Part shown: positions 20,552 through 30,228 of the stretch, one piece after another
How the letters are laid out: each line of letters begins with the position of its first letter
Position numbering within the stretch: the stretch's first letter is position 1
Position numbers and translations under genes: made by a program
Notes under the pieces: generated by a model
What the model was told of the DNA's origin: nothing
Seen by the model: the letters and a program-made list of their open reading frames with translations, nothing else
Database searches by the model: none
Origin: Promethearchaeota archaeon
GTDB lineage: Archaea; Asgardarchaeota; Lokiarchaeia; Sigyniarchaeales; SOKP01
NCBI GenBank assembly: GCA_016840085.1
Contig: JAEOTA010000054.1
Span: forward strand, 32,001 to 96,000
Length of the DNA: 64,000 nucleotides
Direction: 5' to 3'

Positions 20552-21247
20552 TCACCCAGTTCTAGTTTGTAAACGAGTCATTCCATAATTCACTATAAAA
20601 GCTATTGAAATGAGAATTATACCCAGAGCAATTGCCATACCAAATTCACCCATCCGTGTTTGAAGCACAATTGAAGTTGTAAATGTTCTGGTATACCAAC
20701 GAATATTTCCTCCAACAATCATAACAGCACCAACCTCTGAAATAGCTTGACCAAAAGCGACTAGAAAACCTGCTATTATGGATTTTTTGGAATCCTTTAT
20801 CAACTCCCACCATAGCTGCCGTTCATTTGCACCTAAAGATAAAATCGTTTCCTTTAATATAGGATCTATGCTTTCAATAGCAGCTTTAGCAGTACCAGTG
20901 ATGATTGGTACAGCAAGAAGAATTTGAGCAACGATCATAGCTGATGTTGAATAGAGTAAACCTAATTCGCCAAATGGTCCACTCCTTGACAATAACAAAA
21001 ACACAATCAATCCCATTACTACAGGGGGAAATCCCATAAATGTATTGATTAAGTTTGAAATACTTTTCTTACCGCGAAATTCACGTAATCCTATAAAAGA
21101 TCCAATTGGTAATGCAACTAATGCAGCAAGAAAAGTAGATGTTAAAGAAACACGAAAAGAAACCCAAATTACTCCCCATAATTCATTATCAAAAGTAATC
21201 ATTAATCGAAGAGCTTCTAAAATACCATCAATAATTTCATTTGACAT
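20552..21247 (-). CDS. tupB: Tungstate ABC transporter permease
   Basis: NTFMGFPPVVMGL, LSRSGPFG, SEVGAVMIVGGNI...TR. Confidence 0.92.
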   Translation of the reverse strand: MSNEIIDGILEALRLMITFDNELWGVIWVSFRVSLTSTFLAALVALPIGSFIGLREFRGKKSISNLINTFMGFPPVVMGLIVFLLLSRSGPFGELGLLYSTSAMIVAQILLAVPIITGTAKAAIESIDPILKETILSLGANERQLWWELIKDSKKSIIAGFLVAFGQAISEVGAVMIVGGNIRWYTRTFTTSIVLQTRMGEFGMAIALGIILISIAFIVNYGMTRLQTRTG

Positions 21248-21324
21248 ATCAATCCACCATAATCACATGAGCCATATTTAAAGAAATAAAAAAAATTTAT
21301 TTTATTATCAGTTATTCTTAAAAA

Positions 21325-22353
21325 CTATATCGAAAGGTCTGCAAACTCACTCTGATATTCCGTCCAAAAATTGATTTCTTCAGCAGTTGTAGGACAATCG
21401 TGTGTTTCATTACAAATCCCAAAGCTAGGATGGAATAAAATTGCATTATTTTTTCTATATGTTCCTATTAAAATTTGACCATATTCAGAGGTTAAGAATC
21501 CACCAAATCTTAACACTGCTTTATACTTAACATGAGAATGCAAATCCGGATTAACAGGGATAAAACCATAGGGATTTAATAAATAATCCTCTCCTGCAAC
21601 AGATTCGGCTAAAATATTTAAAGTTGTATATGTATCATTAAAAGAAAGCCATGTTCCTCTGTCTACTAATGTGTATCCTTTATGAGCATCATTAACGTCC
21701 TGATAAGTCATTAGAAGTGTAGATCCCATTCCTTGACCTGTTTCTGTATATTTATCAGAGTCTTCAGACCAATAAGTATCTGGAGTTACACCAATAAGAG
21801 CCCAAAGAGATATCTCTTTAGAATGTGTTCCAGAGCCATCTCCTCTTGAATAAAAGGTAGTCTTTCCAGCATCCATAGCATCTTTTAATTTTGTTATCAC
21901 ATCAGTAATATTATCTCCTGGTTTTAAATTAGCAGGATTTGAACTGTGTCCAACAAAAATGAAATCATTATACATTATGCATGCTCTATGAACCCCATAA
22001 GGTATTTGGCTTCCAGTATCATTAACAAAAGCATCTTCTCTTGGTCTTGAGTGAACAAGAATAACATCAGCATCGCCACTTTGTCCATATGCTATTGCTT
22101 GTCCAGTTCCAACCGATAATATTTTAATCTCTATTCCTGTTTGTTCTGTAAATTTTGGAAGCAGATAATCTAATAATCCCGAATCATAGGTAGAAGTTGT
22201 TGTCGCTAAAGTTATTCGTTTTGGGCTTTGAGCAGTAAAATAATCAATTGCAAAATATGTCCCTACTGATCCCCCCGCAATAATTATAAGTGCTAAAACA
22301 ATAGCTGTTCTATGTTCATTTAGTACATTTTTTAATGGTGACATTTTTTCCAA
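21325..22353 (-). CDS. tupA: Tungstate-binding protein, membrane-anchored
   Basis: LATTTSTYDSGLL (TupA TTTS motif), GTGQA, SRGDGSGTH, LLNPY; N-terminal TM helix. Confidence 0.93.
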   Translation of the reverse strand: MEKMSPLKNVLNEHRTAIVLALIIIAGGSVGTYFAIDYFTAQSPKRITLATTTSTYDSGLLDYLLPKFTEQTGIEIKILSVGTGQAIAYGQSGDADVILVHSRPREDAFVNDTGSQIPYGVHRACIMYNDFIFVGHSSNPANLKPGDNITDVITKLKDAMDAGKTTFYSRGDGSGTHSKEISLWALIGVTPDTYWSEDSDKYTETGQGMGSTLLMTYQDVNDAHKGYTLVDRGTWLSFNDTYTTLNILAESVAGEDYLLNPYGFIPVNPDLHSHVKYKAVLRFGGFLTSEYGQILIGTYRKNNAILFHPSFGICNETHDCPTTAEEINFWTEYQSEFADLSI

Positions 22354-22372
22354 GTTTGTGATTCAATTTTAG

Positions 22373-22396
22373 CGATATGTTCATAGGAACACATCG
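22373..22396. promoter_or_regulatory. Palindromic operator CGATATGT-N8-ACACATCG upstream of tupABC
   Basis: Identical to the site at 18446..18469, including the flanking G and AA. Confidence 0.75.
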
Positions 22397-22502
22397 AACG
22401 ATAGGAATTAAAATAAATATCTCTTAAAAAAGTTTTCCTATCAAAATTGAATATGTAAAAATAAATTCTTTCTAGACTTCTTTCAATATATTTAATATGC
22501 CC

Positions 22503-23048
22503 TTATTTTTCCATCAAGAATTCTTTTGGAATTTCTTGGCCTAATCCTGCTTCTTTAAATTTCTGACCATTGTCAACGTAAATGTTGTACCCCCATTCTC
22601 CCATTCTGATAGTAGGATACGCTTTTTTTTTAATAGCAGGAACACCAGCATAAAGACAATTGTCTTCAGTTTTTCCCTTAAGAACAGAACCGCCAGCCAC
22701 AATAACTCCCTTCCCTACTTTTGAATTATGTAGAACAGTTGCCCCCATTCCTATCAATGTTGAATCTCCAATAGTTGCAGGACCATGTACTATACATAAA
22801 TGCCCTAGCGTGACATTTTTCCCTATCTTACATAGCGCGTTCACTGTAGAATGGATTACACAATTTTCTTGGATACTAGTGTTTTCTCCTACAATAATCT
22901 TACCCCAATCGCCTCGAATTTTTGCCCCAAACCATATATTGACGTAAGCACCAATTTCTACATCTCCTATAATTACAGCATCCTTGGCAATAAAAGCAGT
23001 GGGATGAATTCTGGGAGTTGTTCCGTTAAATGGGGATGCAACAATCAT
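22503..23048 (-). CDS. Gamma carbonic anhydrase family protein (LbH)
   Basis: IIGDVEIG, IWFGAKIRGD, IQENCVIH, LGHLCIVH, GVPA. Confidence 0.9.
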   Translation of the reverse strand: MIVASPFNGTTPRIHPTAFIAKDAVIIGDVEIGAYVNIWFGAKIRGDWGKIIVGENTSIQENCVIHSTVNALCKIGKNVTLGHLCIVHGPATIGDSTLIGMGATVLHNSKVGKGVIVAGGSVLKGKTEDNCLYAGVPAIKKKAYPTIRMGEWGYNIYVDNGQKFKEAGLGQEIPKEFLMEK

Positions 23049-23185
23049 TTGTCTAATTCAAACTTTAGATGAAAATAGGTTGATTTGTAAAGATTCAAAA
23101 ATTATTTAAGATTTTTGGATAAAACTAATAATTCTCGATTTGAAAAAGAAGTTCTTTTCAACCTTTTATATAGAACTAAGATATG

Positions 23186-23362
23186 TTAATCACTAAGAAG
23201 AGCTACAGAAATAATCATAGAACCAAACATTAAAATCAATAATAAGAAACTAAATGAAAAACATAAGAGCTCTTGAGTGTCATGACAAATAGAAGACACA
23301 AGTATAAACAATATAGTGGAAATAATAAACACAAGATATGATATAGTAGTTTTATACTTCAT
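23186..23362 (-). CDS. Small two-TM membrane protein (58 aa; not in the ORF track)
   Basis: MKYKTTISYLVFIISTILFILVSSICHDTQELLCFSFSFLLLILMFGSMIISVALLSD. Confidence 0.45.
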   Translation of the reverse strand: MKYKTTISYLVFIISTILFILVSSICHDTQELLCFSFSFLLLILMFGSMIISVALLSD

Positions 23363-23447
23363 TAGATTAGAATATCCCTTTACTCTATTAAGGTTTTCTT
23401 TATAAGAATATAAAGTATTAATATTAATAGTTAATTTATGACTAAAT

Positions 23448-23924
23448 TTAGAAATTCTTCTTTTTTACCATATGAGCCATTTCAAAAGACATTATAAATT
23501 CCTTTGATAAATCTGGATTTATTTTATTGACTTTGAATAATAAGATCAATATACCTCGGTCAGAATAAGTTTCTGACTCCTCTTTTTTAAGGATTTTAAT
23601 TTCTGCTTCTATGGTGTCGTTAACTCTAAGTGATGATTTAAATTTCAGATCTTGAACCCCTAGTAATGCAATAACAGTCTTCTCATAAAGTCCTAGTTTT
23701 AAAAAAAGACCTATTGCTAAAGGAATAATAAAGGGTCCTGGAAAAACTGGTGTTTTATAGGGCATTTCTTTAGTAGTATAAATTTCATCAAAAAACATTG
23801 ATAAATTAAACCAACATAAATTACAAAAGTCTAGTAAGTCTGCTTCTCTTAAAGTCCTTCTCGAAGAAATAAATGTTTGACTCTCAGCAAATTCCTCAAA
23901 AAATTTACCTCTTTGTTCAGAAAT
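23448..23924 (-). CDS. MaoC/hot-dog fold dehydratase; probable ATT start at 23924
   Basis: Extension ISEQRGKFFEEFAESQTFISSRRTLREADLLDF carries the MaoC N-terminal motif; frame closed by TAG at 23940-23942; SD GAGGT 7 nt before the ATT. Confidence 0.8.
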   Translation of the reverse strand: MSEQRGKFFEEFAESQTFISSRRTLREADLLDFCNLCWFNLSMFFDEIYTTKEMPYKTPVFPGPFIIPLAIGLFLKLGLYEKTVIALLGVQDLKFKSSLRVNDTIEAEIKILKKEESETYSDRGILILLFKVNKINPDLSKEFIMSFEMAHMVKKKNF

Positions 23925-24069
23925 GTTAAAAACCTCAGACTATATTATTTTCTAATTAAAAGAATTAGATTTCAATTAATAAAAAACTTCACTGAAAAAA
24001 TTTTAGTGTAATTAGAAATTTTGTTTTTTATAGATAATTTTAAAAATGATGGCTTAGTGCTTAAAATAC

Positions 24070-24540
24070 ATGCGGGAACAATTTAATGAGAATAATAGTT
24101 TTAAAAATAACTATTGTGAAGTCAATGAGTATATTTCGATTCAAAGATATGAAAATGAATCGAAAATAACTATCTATGTAAGCAATGAGCCCTTAATCAC
24201 GATACCTAGTCCGAAGTTTCCATCATTTGAATATGCTCTCCAAGAAGTAAATGATAACTCAGCTCACCATATACTTATCCAAGATAATAACATTACAGAA
24301 ATCATTTTCCAGAAACTTATTCGGAATTTAGATATCTGGTCTAAAAACGATTATGACACTCAATTACTACACTATAAAATAGCGTTTCCACTATTAAAAA
24401 AATTGAGAGATGTAGGAAAGACAAAATTTCAAATTATCTTCCAACAAGAAATATTGAAGAGATATTCTACTAGTCCATTAGAAGTTAAAGATTTCTTGGA
24501 ACAGGAAGGATATTTGAAACTTATTGGAGATTTTTTTTGA
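24070..24540 (+). CDS. Hypothetical protein with a Lokiarchaeia-type domain (W..NDYDT.LLH..IAFPLLKKL..VG...EGYL)
   Basis: Motif recalled from lokiarchaeal proteins, often LRR-associated; not verified. Confidence 0.6.
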   Translation: MREQFNENNSFKNNYCEVNEYISIQRYENESKITIYVSNEPLITIPSPKFPSFEYALQEVNDNSAHHILIQDNNITEIIFQKLIRNLDIWSKNDYDTQLLHYKIAFPLLKKLRDVGKTKFQIIFQQEILKRYSTSPLEVKDFLEQEGYLKLIGDFF

Positions 24541-24668
24541 GAGAATCATAATATTCATCATTATCAATTATTGGATTTTTACTCACTCAGCAATAAGTTT
24601 TAATTAATAATTAAAAACCTTGTTTTTTAAAAAATAGAAAAAGAAATTAAAAATAATAGAAATCCAGT

Positions 24669-25397
24669 TTAGGGAAGAGTTACAGTGTTAGTATTTTCAT
24701 CAAGATTAAGAATTCCCTTAACGGCAAGTTGTTTTATGGTTCTAACAGCCATTATTGGAGGAACATCTAAGAGCTTTTTCAAGTCATCTAATTTTACTGA
24801 GCTTTTTTCCATGATAGTGGAGATTATATCAACCTCATGGATTTCTTCATCGGAATTCTCAATCAAGAATGATGTAAAGAAGTTCTCATGTCTCAATTGA
24901 TTAATTCGTTTTTCTAACTCATCCATTTTTTTCTGGTAAGCATTTCTTAATTCCACTTCTCTGTTTTCATTTTCAACTTTCTTTTGATCCAGTGAGGTTT
25001 TTTCTGTTTCTTTCGTGGCAATCTTCTCATTTATTCCTTCTAATTTGCTTTTCAGACTATCTAATTCAAACTGAGGAGTTTTAAGATCATTAATAGTAGT
25101 CTCCAAGGTATTAGTAAGTTCAGAAATTTTTGAAGTTAATTCATCTTTTTTTGCTTTTAGACCATTAATAGCAGTATCCAATTCTTCTGATTTTGTTCTT
25201 AATTCTGTTAATTCTGAATTTTGTGCCGATAAATTCTCCTTTATGCTATCTTCTTCTTTTTGTTCAGCTTGCATACAACGCCATGCTTCTTTTAATTGAG
25301 AAAGAACCTCTTCATTATGCTTTTGCAAAATTTGCCAGTAGGTATCATATGCAGTTTCAAATTGTTCAATTAATGATAGAATTTCTTGTGAACTCAT
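24669..25397 (-). CDS. Coiled-coil protein with a C-terminal winged-helix-like domain
   Basis: Long heptad-rich region followed by VKLDDLKKLLDVPPIMAVRTIKQLAVKGILNLDE. Confidence 0.75.
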   Translation of the reverse strand: MSSQEILSLIEQFETAYDTYWQILQKHNEEVLSQLKEAWRCMQAEQKEEDSIKENLSAQNSELTELRTKSEELDTAINGLKAKKDELTSKISELTNTLETTINDLKTPQFELDSLKSKLEGINEKIATKETEKTSLDQKKVENENREVELRNAYQKKMDELEKRINQLRHENFFTSFLIENSDEEIHEVDIISTIMEKSSVKLDDLKKLLDVPPIMAVRTIKQLAVKGILNLDENTNTVTLP

Positions 25398-26143
25398 TAG
25401 AAATCCACCTCCTCAATTAACTTGACTGTTCCTGCTGCTTCGTCATATTCAATTGGTCCATTCTTTTGAACCATTTTCGCTAGTATATTTCTAAATACAT
25501 CTTCCCTCAAACCAGTTGCAGAAACTAAACCCTTTATTTCTAAGGTTGTTTGAGGCACTAATGAATTGATTACTTTTAATTGAGGTGATTGAATATATCC
25601 TGCTTTAATTAATGATTTCATAGCAGCTGCACGCATTGCGAATAAGTTACTGAATTTCTCTTTTTTGTCATATTCTTCTTGAAGTTGAGCTTCAAGTTCT
25701 GCCATCTGGTTATTGAATTTTTCTTGAACATCTGTTAATTCTGCAATTCTTTTTTCTAGTTCCTCTAAACGAGATGTACGAGTTGCCAATTCTTCTTTTT
25801 TCATAGTTATTTGTGCTTGGGTTTCATCTAATTCATTTTGTGTAGCTTGAATTTTATCAATAAGAGTTTTACGTTCATTGGTTAGTTCAGTATTGCTTTC
25901 CTCTAAGATTGTAATATCACGTTGATTCTGAGAAATCTTATTTTTTAATGAATTAATTTCATCATCATTAGATTCAATAGTTTTTAAATCATTAGCTTTA
26001 ATTTCTTCAAATCTCTGTATCTGTTCAAGTATAATAGTTGGTTGAGTTTTTAATTTAGGAACTGAATCTGAATTTAATCCATTTAACTCATCAATAATAG
26101 ATATTATTTTTTTAAGTGAGCTTTTTGTATCAGTAATACTCAA
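25397..26143 (-). CDS. Coiled-coil protein with a C-terminal winged-helix-like domain (partner of the downstream gene)
   Basis: Heptad-rich region followed by LEIKGLVSATGLREDVFRNILAKMVQKNGPIEYDE; 1-nt overlap with the next gene. Confidence 0.75.
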   Translation of the reverse strand: MSITDTKSSLKKIISIIDELNGLNSDSVPKLKTQPTIILEQIQRFEEIKANDLKTIESNDDEINSLKNKISQNQRDITILEESNTELTNERKTLIDKIQATQNELDETQAQITMKKEELATRTSRLEELEKRIAELTDVQEKFNNQMAELEAQLQEEYDKKEKFSNLFAMRAAAMKSLIKAGYIQSPQLKVINSLVPQTTLEIKGLVSATGLREDVFRNILAKMVQKNGPIEYDEAAGTVKLIEEVDF

Positions 26144-26228
26144 TTTAATTCCACTTTTAAATAAGTTTTATAAAATAATAAAAGAATTTATACTTAAATT
26201 TTGATTTTTTAGAAACTTCAAAATAAGA

Positions 26229-27068
26229 TTAAATTTCTTTAGAAATATCCTCAATAAATTTAGCTTTACTAATCACTCCATAAGGAAGATTTCTTCTTTC
26301 TATCACTACGTTTAGATCTTCTATTATTTTTTCTGCTAAATAATTAAAATCAAATTGAAAAGATGAGCTTGTTTGATAATATTTTCTTAAAAAAATATTT
26401 ATTAAGTCAGTTTTATGTGTTGGTTCGTCCATTTCAAATATACCTGGCTCGGTATCAAGAAGGGAACAACAGATCCATGCCAAATCATCAATATGGCTTC
26501 CCTCATAAGCATCTTCAAAATCAACTCCATAAAGGGTGTCGCCTGAAAAATCCATAATAAAATCTCTTAGTCGAGTATCCCCTTTGTTTAATACAAAAAT
26601 CTCTGAAAACTCTTTTTTTCTTACAATATTTTTTTCATGTAACTGAGCAAGCCACTTAGCAAGGCTTTCAACACATTGTATCATCTTATTTCTTAAATTT
26701 GAATCGAGATCGTTTAATTTTTCAACTTTTATTAAATTTTCATTGATGAAATCACATAAATTAACGCCATTAACTTTTTCAAGTACCAAGTATGGAATTT
26801 TTAAAAGTAATATTTGTGGGACGTGAAAATTTTGATTTTTTAATCTAATAAGTATATTATATTCAATCGCAATGTTAGGCCTATTAAAAATTTTAACTAT
26901 TGACTCTTTAGGAAAGTTAAGTGGTTTTTTATCGAAATGTAGATTAAAAACGATATTTTTCTTACTTGGTAATTCAGTAATATTATAACTATAATTACGG
27001 TCTCCAAGTTCAGGGATACTTTCCTTTAAGTCTGCTATTGCTTTATTTACTAATTTTTGCGATTTCAT
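26229..27068 (-). CDS. Atypical kinase-fold protein (APH/Bud32/RIO-like)
   Basis: IVKIF (VAIK-like), VPQIL, catalytic loop KGDTRLRDF, metal loop VDFED. Confidence 0.7.
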   Translation of the reverse strand: MKSQKLVNKAIADLKESIPELGDRNYSYNITELPSKKNIVFNLHFDKKPLNFPKESIVKIFNRPNIAIEYNILIRLKNQNFHVPQILLLKIPYLVLEKVNGVNLCDFINENLIKVEKLNDLDSNLRNKMIQCVESLAKWLAQLHEKNIVRKKEFSEIFVLNKGDTRLRDFIMDFSGDTLYGVDFEDAYEGSHIDDLAWICCSLLDTEPGIFEMDEPTHKTDLINIFLRKYYQTSSSFQFDFNYLAEKIIEDLNVVIERRNLPYGVISKAKFIEDISKEI

Positions 27069-27118
27069 TTAGGTTTAATTATGTAATTCCTCTAAATTTG
27101 ATATCGTAATTCAAATAC

Positions 27119-27679
27119 TTAATTTTGCTGGTTTTTCTCTATTAAGTTTAAAATAATGTCTTTTATTTTAGAAAATTCTGGGATAACTACAATACCCTCC
27201 ATTTGTTTTAATCTTCTTATATTTTCAATTTCAATATCCCTAATCTTGAGAACTAAGGGGGACCCATCCGGTCTTGATGTTACTATTGGTTGTAAGTCTT
27301 GATCTGATGGAAAAACATGTACCTTCATACCGCCCTTAATTGCTTGAGCTACACAATTTGTAATTAGAGAATCTGCTATTCCGTATACTGTTTTTGCAAC
27401 AGAATTGGCTGAGACAGGGCAGACTAAAAACATATCATATTGCCCTAGTTGTAGAGGACCAGCATAAAATGGAATGTTGGGAGTTTTTTCTACTTTAACT
27501 TCTTTTACTACCTCGGTTAATGCTAACCATTTTTTATACCATTTAACAACAGCTGTTCCTTCTTTTGATAAAATCACAGTTAAATCTACATTATAATCTT
27601 CCTGCAATTCTTTCATTAAGTCTATTGATTCTTGAAGCACATATCCTGTACCTGTCATACCCCATATTAATTTAAACAA
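27119..27679 (-). CDS. Archaeal flavoprotein (AfpA/HFCD family)
   Basis: WGMTGTG, LSKEG..VVKWY, CPVSANSVAKTVYGIADSLITN. Confidence 0.85.
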   Translation of the reverse strand: MFKLIWGMTGTGYVLQESIDLMKELQEDYNVDLTVILSKEGTAVVKWYKKWLALTEVVKEVKVEKTPNIPFYAGPLQLGQYDMFLVCPVSANSVAKTVYGIADSLITNCVAQAIKGGMKVHVFPSDQDLQPIVTSRPDGSPLVLKIRDIEIENIRRLKQMEGIVVIPEFSKIKDIILNLIEKNQQN

Positions 27680-27808
27680 ACAAATCCCTTTTACTATTTA
27701 TTTTCTTATGATATTTATTATCTTTTTTCCCTAATAAGAAGAATTAATAATTTAAGCATAATAAATATTTAATGAGAATAATCTATAATTATAACTTTTA
27801 GATGGAAT

Positions 27809-29041
27809 ATGAATACTTCAAAATATATTTACCTTGATAATGCTGCAACTACACCAATGGATCCTCGAGTTATTGAAGAATTAAACAAACATTTTAAAGA
27901 TACTTATGGAAATTCCTCAAGTTTACACTCATTGGGCCAAAAAGCAGGTCAAATATTGTTGAAATCACGTGAAATAGTTGCATCATTAATCAATGCGAAT
28001 AGAGACGATGTTTTTTTTACATCTTCGGGAACAGAAGCTGATAACATCGCCATATTTGGTGTTACATCAAAAAATAAAGAAAGAGGTAATCATCTTATTA
28101 CTTCTTCTATTGAACATCATGCAGTGGAAAATCCATTTAAACAATTGGAAAAAAAAGGGTTTGATGTAACTTTTTTACCCGTTGATAAATACGGTCTAAT
28201 TGATGTTGTAGAGTTAGAGAATGTTATAACAGATAAAACTATACTAATTAGCATTATGTTTGCAAATAATGAAATTGGTACAATTGAGCCAGTAAAGGAA
28301 ATTGGAGTAATAGCAAAAAAACATGATGTTATATTTCATACAGATGCTGTTCAAGCTTTCGGGAAAGTTCCAATTGATGTAAATGATATGAACATTGATT
28401 TGCTCTCTGCCTCTGCCCATAAGCTTCATGGTCCTAAAGGAGTAGGGATGTTATATATTCGTAATAAAGGAGTAAGAAAGGGCTGGGGAAAATTTATTGA
28501 ACCAATTATGTTTGGCGGAGGTCATGAAAAAAACATAAGACCAAGCACTGTAAATGTTCCTGGAATTGCAGGTTTTGCAAAAGCAGTAGAGATTGCTAAG
28601 GAAGAAATGCCAAAAGAAATAGAAAGACAGACTAGATTGCGTGATACAATTATAAAATGGGTAATTGAAAATATTGAGGATTCTTTTCTTAATGGTCACC
28701 CAACTCTAAGACTTCCAAATAATATAAATTTAGGATTTAAATATATTGAGGGCGAATCAATCGTATTAGACTTAGATACTGAACGAATAGCTACTTCCAC
28801 GGGTTCTGCATGCTCCTCTGAATCATTAGAACCTTCGCATGTATTATTAGCAATAGGTCTAAGACCTAAGGACGCTCACGGTTCATTGAGGATATCATTA
28901 GGTAGATTTACAACTGAGGAAGATATAGATTATTTCTTAGAAAAATTACCCCATGTAATTGAAAGACTTAGAAAAATCTCTCCTCTTAAAAAGGGAGTTA
29001 AATATATGTTCGAAGAAAATCCTAAAAATTACCAACATTAA
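27809..29041 (+). CDS. iscS: Cysteine desulfurase (NifS/IscS)
   Basis: YLDNAATT, FTSSGTEADN, HTDAVQ, SAHKLHGPKG, STGSACSS. Confidence 0.95.
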   Translation: MNTSKYIYLDNAATTPMDPRVIEELNKHFKDTYGNSSSLHSLGQKAGQILLKSREIVASLINANRDDVFFTSSGTEADNIAIFGVTSKNKERGNHLITSSIEHHAVENPFKQLEKKGFDVTFLPVDKYGLIDVVELENVITDKTILISIMFANNEIGTIEPVKEIGVIAKKHDVIFHTDAVQAFGKVPIDVNDMNIDLLSASAHKLHGPKGVGMLYIRNKGVRKGWGKFIEPIMFGGGHEKNIRPSTVNVPGIAGFAKAVEIAKEEMPKEIERQTRLRDTIIKWVIENIEDSFLNGHPTLRLPNNINLGFKYIEGESIVLDLDTERIATSTGSACSSESLEPSHVLLAIGLRPKDAHGSLRISLGRFTTEEDIDYFLEKLPHVIERLRKISPLKKGVKYMFEENPKNYQH

Positions 29042-29097
29042 GTACTAAGATTATTTATTATATTTAACAAATATTAACTCTTAACTACTTCAATGTT

Positions 29098-29526
29098 TTA
29101 ACCATAAATTAGTGTTAAGAGAAATAAGAATCCAATTGATAAAATTACATGAATAATTGCAAATATAGCACCTACTTTTAATAGCCTTTTATAGTTTAGG
29201 TTTTCAACACTATTGTTCTGAGCTATTTTAAGTGTTAGCATATCGCATGCTGCTCCTTGGGGAATTAAATTTCCTCCAATATTTATTCCAATTATAAATG
29301 CAAAGAATAAAGGAATTGAGGGGAAATTAAATCCTTCTATTAGTAATCCGACTATTGGGATAAAAATTAAGGCTGTTGGAGTGTTTGCTACAAAGCCAGA
29401 TATTAAACTAACAATAATTAAAATAATTAAACTTACTAGAAATGGATTTAGCACTTGAAATGGTATTCCCTTAAAAAGGTCTTCAAAACCAGCTTCTAAA
29501 AGACAACCTATAACAACATATAATGA
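29098..29526 (-). pseudogene. C-terminal fragment of an ArsB/NhaD/CitM-type ion transporter
   Basis: SGFVANTP and NIGGNLIPQGAACD motifs; homology-like sequence stops near SLYVVIG at about 29526; N-terminal two-thirds absent. Confidence 0.7.
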
Positions 29527-29565
29527 ATTTCTTAAAAAAATAAAACCTATTTTGCTGTTCTATTA

Positions 29566-30153
29566 ATGGGTGAAAATCCTTCTTTAAATCTACATCAAAA
29601 TCAAGTAAATAATACATTAGAACATTCCTTCTCTTTTTTGAAAAATGATTTGGTAATTTTTGATTTTGATAGATGTTTGATTATTGATCCAAATTGTGAT
29701 TATGAAGATATATTACTAATTACTGAAATTGCAAATTATCAATTACTTGAATTACGTGCGTTAGATTATTTATTAGATAAAAGATTAACTCTAGCTGAAG
29801 GTGATATACATAAAATTTACTTTAAAAGTCGTGGTATATTGAAAAGATTAAAGAAAAGGGTTAGAAATTTGCTCAGATTACGTCATGATTTTATATTTTT
29901 ATTAAAAAATATCGAAAATGTTTCAAAACTAATTGGTGATTATTATTTATCTCAAAATTATACATGTTTAGCAAATTTATTTCAATTGAAACAATGGAGT
30001 GATAGTATTCGTCATCGTATTGAGACTTTAGGTGATATCTATAATATTGCTCAAACAAATATACATAAAAAATTTCTGCTTTACTACCAGATTTTATTAA
30101 GTTTTGTATTTATAATGGAATTTGTGTTTTTAATTCTAGATTTTTTCAAATAA
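29566..30153 (+). pseudogene. 5'-truncated RMD1/DUF155- or CorA-like protein with a C-terminal TM helix
   Basis: EIANYQLLELRALD, SKLIGDYYL, W..SI...IETL motifs; no intact N-terminal half. Confidence 0.5.
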
Positions 30154-30228
30154 ATTAAAGAGATTAAAACTAAAATAGAATTTTAGAAAATTCAAATTTA
30201 TTAATTGAATAATCTAAGTTTCTGTTTT

